A stretch of 64,000 nt of DNA, from the NCBI GenBank assembly GCA_965197925.1, contig CBDAOC010000018.1:96001-160000 (forward strand), written 5' to 3'. Shown here in pieces: positions 53,004 to 64,000 of the stretch (position 1 is the first letter of the stretch; the number at the start of each line of letters is the position of its first letter). The translations under genes and the position numbers were made by a program. Source of the DNA: Nitrososphaerales archaeon. Lineage in GTDB: Archaea; Thermoproteota; Nitrososphaeria; Nitrososphaerales; UBA213. The notes under the pieces are model-generated. The model was not told the DNA's origin. It worked only from the letters and a program-made list of their open reading frames with translations, and ran no database searches.

Positions 53004-53462
53004 TGCTTTAACCTGTGAGTCTAAAATTAAACTAAATATTCACCAATGTTGATGGTTTCAATAAAACAAAAAACGTACCGCTATAACTGACCGTAAAAAT
53101 GAACTATACTGTCACTTTTCAACAACTTACCGTGAACTCTTCTCAGAAATACCCACGGGATATAGAAAATAAAAATTGGTAGGGGTTATGAAACCACCCC
53201 AATAGCTTACTGCCGCTTTTACAACGTAGTAATACTAATCTCTGTCATCTCTAATCCAGAAGTACTACCAAATGATTGAGTTTGTAAATGAAGTATAGAT
53301 TGACTCACTTAGAAGAAAGTATGGTCAGCTATAGTTAAGGCCAATCTGCGGAATTGGTTTGATATCTACGGTGAAATATCAACATCAAAATTAGCAAGGG
53401 ATTTACCAGTAGTGGTGAAGATTGTGTGTACCTAACACCTTCAAACACTGCTAAACGGCTTA

Positions 53463-54514
53463 GAGCCTATCCTAAAATTCTAGCTGATAGTTAACTATTG
53501 GTAGAAATGATATCATTTAGAATGTAAGAATATTAGTTCATACTGTCAGGTTTAGTTTTCTTACTATTGATTTTATTAGTATTGTAGATAATAGATACTA
53601 GAAACAGTTGCATTAACGTGTTTATGACACTACCAATATATCGCTCTGTACACTATTAGGCAGTTAGCAAATTCTACTAGCGCCTGATAATTTTCCTCTC
53701 TCTTCTCGAACCTTACCAATAACTTTCTGAACCTGTTATGCCAAGATGCGGTTCTTTCTACAACCCATCTCTTTGCTTTGTATAAATTCTTTTTCAACAC
53801 TTCACCCTTATGACGAATGTGATCCACATATCCCCTTCCTAACTCCATATTTCATACTCTATACTCTATCTCTGGAAAATCGTATCCTATTCATGCATAT
53901 GTTCTGTTTAACTTTGGGCCTATCAACAACAATGCTATCTATTGTAGGAAAGGCTGATTTCATATCGTGTTTATTTGCTTCAGTAATTACAGATGAGGTA
54001 CTCCTCTTCTATCAACCAGCATGTGACGTTTGGTACCTAGCTTGCCTCTATCCGTTGGGTTTGCTCCGGTCGTTTTCCCCCTAATGGGGCCTTCGGTACG
54101 CTATCCATGGATTGCCAGTCCCATCCTATACCCTTCAATTCATCATATATTTCCAGCAGCCTCTTCCATACCTTCTTGAATACTCCTATCCCAATCCATT
54201 CCTGAAATCTTGCATGGCAAGTTGAACCAGAACCAAATTCTTTCGATACCTTCTTCCACTGGCATCCAGTTCTTAATACATACAGTATTCCATTCAATAC
54301 TTTTCTAAATGGCACAGCTGGCCTTCCAACTGTTCTTGCTGGTTTCCCTGGCGGCAGCACTAGTTTGAACTCTTCCCATAGATTGTCTGGTATATGCCAT
54401 ATGGTCGGCATGCTCTTTTTCTTTGATTTTCTCACAAATTTAGCTAGAGATAACGGTTCTAGATCTGTTTCGGTATAAACAATTAGGCTATGATGTTAAT
54501 TTTAGGATAAGCTC
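53463..54514 (-). mobile_element. IS5-family element (IS1031/IS427-like) with a fragmented transposase
   Basis: TIR gagcctatcctaaaatt / aattttaggataagctc (16/17 match), TSD tta (53460-62 and 54515-17). OrfA 54037-54435; orfB pieces include RWVVERT. Confidence 0.92.
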
Positions 54515-54866
54515 TTAATCGTATCTTGTAATTTATGGGAGAATGTGAAGACATTCTTTACCCATTCTTGAAGAATACGTTACCCGATTTATGGAGAGAG
54601 TCTGCAAATCAAATTGAGTCTATTGAACAAGATACAAGAGGTATTCAATGAATGTGAATCAACCTTATCTAAAACATGTAGATTTCATTTATTTGTTACA
54701 ATAATATTGATAAATATGATATTAAGGAATTAAACCACCTATGCGACTCCCATTACATTTCAGAAAGTTCGTTATTACCTACGAAGCTCAAAAAATAATG
54801 GGAATATCATAAAAGAATTCATCTATACTATTAGTATTGGTTGAATATTAAAATTAATTTTTGAGC

Positions 54867-55969
54867 TAATTGAGGCTTGGGCGTAATTTAGTTCGAAACG
54901 ATAAGATCAGGTTCTAGTTTTTATTGGTAATATGTTTAGCTCAGACTCCATACTTCTTCGTATATTATTTTTGATTGACGTGATTCGGCCAAAACCTCTT
55001 AGGAAAAGGGGTAGACCATTCTACTATTCTCCTACAGTAATGATGAGATGCTTCATCGTTAGAGTATGGATAAGAATACCAGGCAACAATGTGTTACATC
55101 AATATTTTTCGATAGACATGCCATACAACAGGAAGGTAATGAAGGCATGTGGTCTTGATAAGTTGCCAGACAGAAGAACATTCGACAGAAGGTTCAAGGC
55201 CATATCAATTGACATAAGATCAAGGATAGATGTTATGGGTATGCTCTTCATAAAAGATGGGTTGGTAGACTCATCCATAGTATCCGTTGACAGTTCCTTG
55301 TTGAAAGCAAAGGGACATGTATGGCATAGATCAAACATGAAGAAGAATGAAGTGCCACGCTCCGGTATAGATACAGATGCTCGATGGGGATTCAGCAGAA
55401 CCAAGGGATGGATATTCGGATACAAGATGCATCTAGCATGTAGCACAGGTTCATTGATAGTTCCATTATCAGCTGATTTCACAACAGCTAACATTACTGA
55501 TAACAAGATGTATGAAAGCATAACATCTTCATTGCCTACAGGAATGGTAAGGTATGTTGTAGGAGATGAAGGATATGATGATCACAAGTTATGTGATTTC
55601 AGCAGGTATAGAGGGCATCCAGTATTCCCATTGGAAAGGTATAGGCATGCTACAGATAATAATAGACTGGCATTGCTGCAGTTCTATAACTCTGAATATA
55701 GGCGGCATGTATATTCTCGGAGGAGCATAAGCGTTGAGCCATTGATAGAGCATATGAAGGATGTATTTACCATAGATCCATTGCCAGTTAGAGGGTTCGA
55801 TAAGGTAAGGAGCATTGTATTGTTATCTGCATTATTGTATCAGGTAATGGTGTACTACAATCATCTAGCAGGAAGACCATTAAGGGCATTGAAGCACATG
55901 CTCGGAAGTTAATCAATCAGAGGCATCAAGTTATTTTTGTTATATGGAATAATGCCCATGCCTCAATTA
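54867..55969 (+). mobile_element. IS element copy 3 (IS982/IS4-like)
   Basis: Same termini as copies 1 and 2. Confidence 0.9.
54932..55912 (+). CDS. DDE transposase, open frame
   Basis: 326 aa, near-identical to 6354-7328. Confidence 0.9.
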   Translation: MFSSDSILLRILFLIDVIRPKPLRKRGRPFYYSPTVMMRCFIVRVWIRIPGNNVLHQYFSIDMPYNRKVMKACGLDKLPDRRTFDRRFKAISIDIRSRIDVMGMLFIKDGLVDSSIVSVDSSLLKAKGHVWHRSNMKKNEVPRSGIDTDARWGFSRTKGWIFGYKMHLACSTGSLIVPLSADFTTANITDNKMYESITSSLPTGMVRYVVGDEGYDDHKLCDFSRYRGHPVFPLERYRHATDNNRLALLQFYNSEYRRHVYSRRSISVEPLIEHMKDVFTIDPLPVRGFDKVRSIVLLSALLYQVMVYYNHLAGRPLRALKHMLGS

Positions 55970-57129
55970 CCTACCTTTCTGCAATTGCTTCAGATACTGT
56001 AGGTTTAGCTAATAGTCCTAGATGCTCACCCGCCTCAGGTTCAATTTTTGTATTAGGTACCACAATAGTTAATTGTGTAGCAATTGACAATGCAGGTAAC
56101 CTAGCAACAACAACATTCACAGTTGAAGTACAGGATACTATTCCCCCAACAATATGGTCTCCGGGTGAGATCAATTTAGAAGCCACCGGTACATTGACTC
56201 CAATAGCCCTTTCACCCCCAGAGGTCACTGACATTGTAGATACTTCACCCAAGATTAGGAGTGATGCTCCTAGAGCTTTCCCGTTTGGAACTACAATTGT
56301 CACATGGATAGCTACAGACTTTTCGGGTAATTCCATAACAAACCAACAATTTATAACTATTATAGACCCCTTGCCAACTAAACCAAATACCATAATCGAT
56401 AGTGCTGACACTGGAGAAGAGGGTTCTCTCGTCACATTCTCCGCAATTGGTTCCGTTCAACCAGAGGGCCATTTTATCAATAGTTATGAATGGGATTTCG
56501 GTGACGGAGCTGGTGAATTAAGTGCCAAGGTGGCACACATATATGATGACGATGGCAACTACGTTGTTACTTTAACTGTGATTGATGTTGAAGGTCTAAT
56601 TGGAAAATCTACCAAAAAAATTCAGATATTAAATGTTCCTCCCAGCATAAGGGAGTTCAATGCAGATAAAGAAACGATAGATATTGGTGATACGGTCAAT
56701 ATTGAGGCTATGTTTGAGGATCGTGGTGAATCTGATACACATACAGTAGAGTGGTATCTTGGAGGGGAAAACATTATTATTCTTGCTGGAGTTTCTTCTG
56801 ACCCTCAACATGAGAGTTTTACATTTAACGAACTTGGAACTTACAAGATAACCTTTGTAGTTAGAGATGATGATAATGGTGTAGCAGAGGAGAGTATAGC
56901 TGTTATAGTTAATCCTTTATCAACACCACTCATCCCTCATAATGCTTGGCTATTTGTAGCAGGGGCTGCTAGTGCAGGTGGTGTGGGTGTAGGTGGATAT
57001 GCTTTGATCAGGTTCTTTAAACCACTCCGTAAACCAATTAGCAATACAGGTAATACATCAAATCATGGGGAGAAACCTAATACCAATCAACCACACATAA
57101 GTGTGGAAATTCGAAGGGGTATAGAATGA
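55969..57129 (+). pseudogene. HYR plus PKD domain surface protein, 5'-truncated by the IS
   Basis: Frame is open from the IS end: TYLSAIASDTVG...CSPASGSIF...AIDNAGN (HYR), YEWDFGDG (PKD), and a C-terminal TM anchor. Confidence 0.85.
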
Positions 57130-57705
57130 CAGTAGAACCAGGGATCTCTTCCAGCAATATGGCTGGCAAAGTTGGAACAGAATTAGGTAATGCCTTTGAA
57201 GGTATATTGAACAACGCGGAATTGAATCAATTGCAGGAGCTGAAGGTTGTTGCTGGATGGTATAGGGAAGCTAAAGAAGATCCAACTATGATTCCCTCAT
57301 TGATAACAAATAAAATCCTTGAGCATATGTTAGAGCACCTAAAACCATATTTCATCAACCTCTTAATAGAACATTTCAAGTTTGAAACCCAAGCTAGAGC
57401 ATAGGGTACAAGATTCGATCTGAATTTTAGTCTAAAACCTAAAAAGCCTTATGTGGAATTGGTTAAGGCATTTGAGGGAGTAGAAATTCCCCCACAAGTT
57501 AAGATTGACATTCCAGATTAATACGAATCTAGATGGAAAGAATTTAGAAATTCATCCGAGTTCAGAAGGTATAGTGGTAGAATTAGAGAAGCTCATTGTT
57601 TCTTTGAAACTATTAATCGTGAAGCTACCAATCACTACTTTGAGTGAACCAAAGTTCTTGGGTGAAAGGAAATTTGAACTAAGCAAACTTTCTTTGAAAT
57701 TATAG
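57126..57705 (+). pseudogene. Hypothetical protein with an internal TAG and a frameshift
   Basis: Coupled to the upstream gene. The reading frame continues past the TAG at 57402-57404 and then shifts into ORF 57505-57705. Confidence 0.55.
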
Positions 57706-58395
57706 AATTGATAGTTCAAGTCCCATTTATTGAATTGATTTAGGCATGATCGTACTACGAAATAAGAAAAGGTCATCTAAACTCCTGATTGATGATATAT
57801 TATAGGATGATGATCTGTAATAATAATCAATAATAATCTAACATTTTTCTAAAATTATTTTTAACTCTATTGAAGATTGGAGTTTAAGGTCAGCTGATTT
57901 TAACAAATTTCAAGTTGTCCAAAATACTGCGTATTGCTACGGCAGAAACACCTGCAGACTATGCTATATCAGCAATGATGGACAAAGGAATAGCGGTAAC
58001 TAATTTGTAAGACATAATGATAGGAACGGCCATCTTTTGCAGTTGGTGTAGTTCTGACGACCTAGGAAGAAAAAAAAGAAAAGAAATAACAACCACTAGA
58101 TAATTTTTTTGAGAGAATCTTTTTGACCTATCAAATTGGAGAATTTTTGCACTATGAAGAATGTTATCAATTCTTTCTTACTAGTGGGATTCCTCATACT
58201 TTTTTCATCCTTCTCATACTTCTGGCATTCATTTAGCAGACATTATCATTTCAAAATTTTTATGCTTCGGGAAAATACTAGAAATGCTTTAACTATAGGA
58301 AATCTATACATGGGGGTGTATCAAAATTTGTTAAAAGTGTACAACACCATAAGAAAGAAAACTTCTTTAAATGGTATGATTAACCACTAATAGGT

Positions 58396-58638
58396 ATGCC
58401 AATATCCTATGTTCTCATAAACTGTGATCTTGGATTTGAAGAATCCATTGTAAAAGAATTAGGAGGGATTCCAGATATAACAGAGGTGCGTGGTGTCTAC
58501 GGGGTATTTGATATATTTGTTAAGGTTCAATCTGATGATATGGATCGAGTGAGAGATGTTGTAACAAAGATAAGAAGATTTGATAAGGTCCGATCAACCA
58601 ACACACTTACAGCAATATTGGAACAGGGTGGCAAGTAA
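58396..58638 (+). CDS. Stand-alone Lrp/AsnC ligand-binding-domain protein
   Basis: YVLINCDLG, GVYGVFDIFVKV and IRRFDKVRSTNTL motifs. Confidence 0.9.
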   Translation: MPISYVLINCDLGFEESIVKELGGIPDITEVRGVYGVFDIFVKVQSDDMDRVRDVVTKIRRFDKVRSTNTLTAILEQGGK

Positions 58639-59141
58639 CTTATTTCAAGACTTTTCCTTGGTTAGAGCTTAATTTGAAGAACTTTCATGATTAGAGTCAT
58701 CCAATTACAGTTCTGTTCAAAAGAAAATATCATAACTAAACAAGATAAAACATAAGGATTCGCTGTGTATACTAGTAACTTATTCATAAGACCTATTTCA
58801 CCCTCATCTACTCTCTGTGGTGGTGTTTGACAATCTGCTATGTGTATTATAATTATTGTTTCTACAAAGTTCAAAATGTGGATCAATACTCCCCCAATCA
58901 ATCAAGATATTAATTTCAGAATAAGTTCTATACATAAAGCACTTGATTGCACTAGGTCTCAATATAACTACAAAAAGACAGGTGAGTCAATGAATATATT
59001 ATCGACCAGTGTCCACTTTTTATGGCTCCGATTGATCTTCTATTAACACATACCAACTTCTGGCCGATTAACCCTATCTAATCTTACATCTAAAATTATA
59101 TCAAGAACAAATTTATTGTTCTTTGATTCATTCTGCTGATA

Positions 59142-59435
59142 ATGACATTTGAGTCATTTAGTTGGATAAAAAGAATTGTACTAAAACAAGAGAGATTCAT
59201 GAGAAAAGAATACACAGAACAATATGTTACTCGGTGCTTGGGGGATGGTATTAACCCGTTGCCCTATGCAGCATGGAGACAACAGAGGAATGAACCAAAA
59301 TTGTTGGAATTTCTGATAGAAGAAAATAGGCTCAATCACACAACGGATGATCAAGATCCGTTAAATACATATTTTAGTGATAGGATATCTGTATTTGCAG
59401 GTATCACTGAAGCCCCTACTCTTCCCGTTGTCTAG
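59142..59435 (+). CDS. Hypothetical protein
   Basis: 97-aa ORF with no recognised motif. Confidence 0.3.
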   Translation: MTFESFSWIKRIVLKQERFMRKEYTEQYVTRCLGDGINPLPYAAWRQQRNEPKLLEFLIEENRLNHTTDDQDPLNTYFSDRISVFAGITEAPTLPVV

Positions 59436-59789
59436 TTCAGAAACCTGAATTAGAAGACTTTTCAAGTAGCTGCGGGAATTTTTACTCGATTTGTGCCCGT
59501 TGCGTTTTCACGTTTCGGAATATAAATTAACCAGGAGCAACAATTAATAAGAATTTATTTTTTCGGCCTTAAATCAATTCCGATTTTGTCTTGAATTACA
59601 AATCATTGTAAAACACATTTGTATTTCAAGAGATAAAAAATTAAGATATAGTTCAAGATTGCAAATGGGATATGCTAAGATCTACAAGAAGGAAGTATTT
59701 GTTGTTCAAAGAGATAGGTGGAGCATGCTAAACAGAATGGAATCCAGGAGCCTGTCACCAAAGTTCTTGAAATGGAGAATTTAAGAATT

Positions 59790-60694
59790 CTTGTATGATT
59801 ATCAGCCGGGCCATGTTAGTCCTTTGTGAAGTATGTAAATGCTTTCTGGATTTCCTTAACTTCTATCACACTATCTCATACTAATCATTATTGATCAAGG
59901 ATAAACTTGCTGGTTCGATACTGCGGTTTCTATAGCGTACATTTCCTATTTTCTATTCCTCACAGGATTGAATCTGAGCTGTATTTTGCCCTAATGGAAT
60001 CAGGAAGATTTTCATTCCATACTTCCCAGTACCATCTGTCTTTTCTATAATTCTCCCAACTCTACCAATAATTCCAATTGGATTTATTGAGCCAGTCATT
60101 AGAACATCTCTTTTGACCCCCTTCTTGACTAATTCAGAAATAATTAAAATCGTAATGGCTACTCCAGCACTTTGACCAACCTCTACCTTCATATCTTGAT
60201 CTGATTCTATCGCAAATATCATATCATAGTTTGATACATCTACAATATTCTTAGACACCTGAACTGCAGTCCTCACTGAAGGCTGAAAATCCACTACAGT
60301 TGAGGAGATGTATCAATGAGAATATTTCCAACTCCCAGTCTAATTTCCACAGTTATCTGCATGGTTGTATCAAATCTGTAGCTCTGGAAGAAATCACCCA
60401 TTGGAACCTGCCTGACGCCAAGGGTTGTTATGGTCTTTCTACTATCTCCGCTTACGCTGACCGAATAAAAGGGCTTAATCTGAGTATCAGGCGTTTGCTT
60501 AGCTACCTTATTTTGGAAAGATAATTGGTTCTGCAGTGATACCTGTTGACTCATCATGAACTTGATTGTGAAATATGTAGTTCATCAATAAAGAAATTGC
60601 CAGAACGGCCATAACTCTATAGATTATGGGATTCCTACCTGTAGATTATGGGATTCCTACCTGATGGGGTTAATATTATTCTATTTTCGTTCAT
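59790..60694 (-). pseudogene. S16 (Lon-like) serine protease, fragmented
   Basis: GQSAG and MTGSINPIGIIGRVG...EK motifs, with several frameshifts. ATG at 60694 followed by a TM-like segment. Confidence 0.75.
60620..60663. repeat. Perfect 22-bp tandem duplication
   Basis: tagattatgggattcctacctg occurs twice in tandem. Confidence 0.95.
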
Positions 60695-60737
60695 CTATAC
60701 ATTAATAATTTAATTATTACCTATTGGTAAAATTATC

Positions 60738-60956
60738 ATGTCTTGGTTTAGGCACGGAGTGGATACTTGGCATCTTGATTGCAATTTGATCTTAGACAAG
60801 CATGATTTTATAGCATCGATAACTAGGACTAACGACACTTTCTTGGTACAGATTCCTGATTCTTCTGAACAGAAGGCAATTAGACAAAGTTTCGATTCTA
60901 CCAAAGAACTAAATGAGTACTTGACGTTGATAGGACTAGAGCAACTTAAGTTATAA
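60738..60956 (+). CDS. Small hypothetical protein
   Basis: 72-aa ORF with a TATA-like sequence upstream. Confidence 0.45.
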   Translation: MSWFRHGVDTWHLDCNLILDKHDFIASITRTNDTFLVQIPDSSEQKAIRQSFDSTKELNEYLTLIGLEQLKL

Positions 60957-61487
60957 TGCACGAACCCCAACATTATTTTTATTTATTATGGAACGGTAAA
61001 GAAGGTTATCGAGTGATTCTATATTATTCATCCATAAAATAACATAACCACTATGTTTCCTATAAGAAAATAACGTGGGAGAATGGTTAACTACCAACTA
61101 ATTGAACTTTCTAAATTATGATGAATAACTCTAGCCAAATATCATGTGATTTTTACTTTAGGATTATTTCATCAGTTCTTAGGAAATAGTTACTGAGAGA
61201 CAAAAAGAGCACCTGTATTTGTTTTGATAAACATATATCACTTTTACTTCATTGAAGATACTTTACTAATGACTTGGATACGTTTGTTGACTAATCTACC
61301 AAATATATGGTCTGTATAGTTACCTCCTATATCGTCATCATTATATATTCAAGAGAATGAATATATTCAAACTTAGCTGATTATCAGAAGGGAATAATAA
61401 GAAAAACTTGTCCATTGAAGAATAAAATGATTCCAATTTAATTAAGGAAGAACTATAAATGATAAATCATTGTATATAATTGTTAGA

Positions 61488-62018
61488 TCAAAGGGATGCA
61501 ATATTTTTTCGAAAATTCCTGAAATCTTCTAGGAAGCTTTCAGGATCTACATCTACTCTTGGTGGTTCGCCACACCTAATATATCCTGCCATTACACAAT
61601 CCCGAAATTGCTCATCCGTCCAATTGAAGAATGAGCGAAGTGTTTCACATCTTTCATACGCCGACTCCATCCATTCCAAGACAGTCTTGATATAAAATTG
61701 AGCATTAAATCTAACTCTAATTGCTTTAGGACCCTTTCGGATCAGTTCCTCCCTAATTTGCCCACTCCCAGCGAAATCAGTTATTTTACCATTAGAAATT
61801 TTCCTGACTACTGCCTCTGTTTTTATATGTAGTCTAACTTGACTTTCACCCTCTTTTTCATCTTTTTCTTCCAGTTCATGCTTGACCACGTCTTTCAATT
61901 CTATTTCCAACATTTCATCACCCTGGTCACTCCGCGATGTAACTAAAATACAATAATTTGCATTGTCTGATTGCCTCAGGATTCCTCTCACTGAGAGTCC
62001 CCACGAGTTCCTTATCAA
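61488..62018 (-). CDS. Hypothetical protein; likely start is internal (MLEIELKD)
   Basis: Charged, coding-like composition. Confidence 0.45.
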   Translation of the reverse strand: MIRNSWGLSVRGILRQSDNANYCILVTSRSDQGDEMLEIELKDVVKHELEEKDEKEGESQVRLHIKTEAVVRKISNGKITDFAGSGQIREELIRKGPKAIRVRFNAQFYIKTVLEWMESAYERCETLRSFFNWTDEQFRDCVMAGYIRCGEPPRVDVDPESFLEDFRNFRKNIASL

Positions 62019-62272
62019 ATTTATAGACGCTTGTATGTTTTATTAAATCCTCTAATTTTTCTTTGACTCCACTTTCTTCCAATCAATATAATTTCTCAAA
62101 CAAGTATTATTTAAGCCAATCTTGCTCCAAATGAGCTTAGAGAAAATTAAAGGGCGAGTTGTATCTTTCTTCCAATCTTCCTTACTCCTTATTGACTGTT
62201 ATAAAATGAAAATAGATCATTCCAGAGTATTTTCTCAAAATTTTTCTCAAAATCATATAGATAATATTCTCT

Positions 62273-62398
62273 TCAATCTATTATTCCACATGTGATTTTG
62301 CAGGCCATACAAACTATCTCAACAACTGCAGAAGTAGGTCTCCGCTTCTGCACATGTCTCTCCATACCATGTCCGCATTTACAGGCTACTTGACCCAT
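62273..62398 (-). CDS. 41-aa Cys/His-rich putative zinc-binding microprotein
   Basis: MGQVACKCGHGMERHVQKRRPTSAVVEIVCMACKITCGIID*. A TATA-like tttaaaaa lies about 25 nt upstream. Confidence 0.6.
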   Translation of the reverse strand: MGQVACKCGHGMERHVQKRRPTSAVVEIVCMACKITCGIID

Positions 62399-62603
62399 AA
62401 TAAAATAATCGAAGCTCTATTTTTAAATTCTACTTAACTAACTCTCGTAAAAATGTCTTCAAACATGCTTCATTGGACAAAAAAGGGGGAAGGTAACCTC
62501 TCCTTTAGTTTGCCTAACCGTTCTAGAAAATGATAACTGGGTGAATTTATTCAGAATTTGTTTAAGCATTAGCTATAAACAAGGCTATTTTCTAGAAGAT
62601 GTC

Positions 62604-63602
62604 ATGATACGTATAGATGAACAGAAGATCTTCGAAGTTATAAGGGCAAGAAAGCCCAAAGTAATAGCATTCAACGGACCTGAAGGAATATTTCAAAAAA
62701 TACAGAAAGTTGCAGACAAGGTCAGTAATGAATTCGATTTAACAGCTTACATCATAGGTGACCCTTGTTATGGCTCATGCGATATAAACTCACATGCTGC
62801 TGATATGCTTGGTGCAGAAGTCCTTTTCCATATAGGACATTCAATATCAATCGATCAATTTGGAACCAAGATCGTGATGGTTGATGCATTGGATGATATA
62901 AGCTTCGATTCTGTGGCAGAAAGGTGTGTGACCATATTTAAGGATTATAAAACTCTATCCATCCTTACTGATAGCCAACACTTACATCAAATACAACCAG
63001 TAAGAGAAATTTTGGAGAAACATGGTTTTACGGTTGTAATAGGTAAAGGTAAGGGACAGCTGAATGATGGTCAAGTGTTTGGATGCGAATTCTATCCGGT
63101 ATCTGAAGTTAAGAATGAGGTAAATGCGTATGTGTTCTTGGGCCAGAGTCAATTTCATGCTGCGGGTATTGCACTTTCGAGTGGCAAACCAGTCTTTATT
63201 TTGGATCCGTATTATGATGAAATAAAAGATGTGACAGATTTTGCTCTTGAACTACAGAAGAAATCTATTCTGACTATCTATAAAGCAATGGAAGCCAATA
63301 CTTTTGGATTGGTGGTAGGTTTGAAGGAGGGTCAGTTTATGCTCAATCGAGTGCTTGAATTGAAGAAAGAGCTTGAGAAACATGAAAAACAAGTTAGGTT
63401 GATTGCGCTTACAGAAATCACTAATGATAGATTAATGATCTTCAGTGATATAGATGTATTTATTCAGGTGGCTTGTCCTAGAATATCCATTGATAATTCC
63501 TTTAAGAAGCCAGTTCTTTCAGTGCCGCAGGCAAAAGCATTGATAAACCTATTCAATAAGCAAAATATAGACGACTTCCTGAAAATACCACATTGGCTCT
63601 AA
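62604..63602 (+). CDS. dph2: Diphthamide biosynthesis enzyme Dph2
   Basis: PEG, PCYGSCD, HIGHS, GQVFGC, FHAAG and VACPRI motifs. Confidence 0.94.
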   Translation: MIRIDEQKIFEVIRARKPKVIAFNGPEGIFQKIQKVADKVSNEFDLTAYIIGDPCYGSCDINSHAADMLGAEVLFHIGHSISIDQFGTKIVMVDALDDISFDSVAERCVTIFKDYKTLSILTDSQHLHQIQPVREILEKHGFTVVIGKGKGQLNDGQVFGCEFYPVSEVKNEVNAYVFLGQSQFHAAGIALSSGKPVFILDPYYDEIKDVTDFALELQKKSILTIYKAMEANTFGLVVGLKEGQFMLNRVLELKKELEKHEKQVRLIALTEITNDRLMIFSDIDVFIQVACPRISIDNSFKKPVLSVPQAKALINLFNKQNIDDFLKIPHWL

Positions 63603-63642
63603 TGATAAATAATAGTCTATTGTAAGGTACTACGAATAAGAC

Positions 63643-64000
63643 ATGGGAGAGATTGTAAAACTACCTGGCGAGAGGATTGCGTCAATAGAGGAGTTTGAAA
63701 ATGGAGATGGTACTTATGAGCACGATGGTGTCATTAGAGCCGGTGGATTAGGCAAGGTCTTACTTGATTTTAAAAAGAGGGTTGCAAAAGTTGATCAAAC
63801 AAAGAAAACTGGGTTTCCGAAGACTGGTGATATTATCTTAGGCTTCATTGATATGGTGCCAGGGAATATGGTGAGTGTGCGCGTCCTTTACGTGAATAAC
63901 AGGAAAACTAATGCCGGATTTATTGCAATATCCTTGATGCGCGGTGGAAGAGGGAAAAGAAGTATTATGTTTAGGGTAGGAGATGTGGTTAGGGCCAAAG
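63643..64000 (+). CDS. csl4: Exosome RNA-binding subunit Csl4, runs off the window edge
   Basis: LPGERIASIEEF...G.GTY, PKTGDIILG and FRVGDVVRAK motifs. Follows dph2. Confidence 0.88.
   Translation, partial: MGEIVKLPGERIASIEEFENGDGTYEHDGVIRAGGLGKVLLDFKKRVAKVDQTKKTGFPKTGDIILGFIDMVPGNMVSVRVLYVNNRKTNAGFIAISLMRGGRGKRSIMFRVGDVVRAK

Noticed and set aside
57900..58030. CBS-domain-like fragment
   Set aside because: Short, stop-interrupted and low confidence.
61050..61440. Possible further IS5 orfB relic
   Set aside because: Only faint motif echoes (EHL.L.DK) that cannot be aligned with confidence.

Overview
Archaeal chromosomal window, most consistent with Nitrososphaerota (Thaumarchaeota), judged from the gene set (cofE, archaeal cobT, eS1, Pop5, Dph2, Csl4, Lrp ligand-binding protein, HYR/PKD surface protein). 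Intact core blocks are xpb-bax1, trxB, serB-cofE-tusA-cysM, hef-nnrE-MBL-cobT, translin-LLM-nfi, rps3ae-pop5-GGR and dph2-csl4. They alternate with heavily eroded accessory DNA: at least 8 recognisable IS copies or ends (IS5-family types and a DDE_Tnp_1 IS982/IS4-like type), several older IS relics, a 157-bp MITE, two tyrosine-integrase relics, a tRNA-Gly(CCC)-anchored island, an att-like tRNA 3' fragment and many pseudogenes. No CRISPR array or rRNA was seen. The most notable items are: (1) a stand-alone DinG/Rad3-like helicase followed by a non-coding array of about 10 TTACGTTATT boxes with unique spacers at about 20-21 bp periodicity; (2) a two-domain SDR resembling the aldehyde-forming half of Chloroflexus malonyl-CoA reductase; (3) a MITE whose end lies on the transposase catalytic-Glu codons; (4) a putative C/D box sRNA; (5) a second iteron-like array next to tRNA-Gly. 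All family calls come from motif recognition by eye and no database searches were run.
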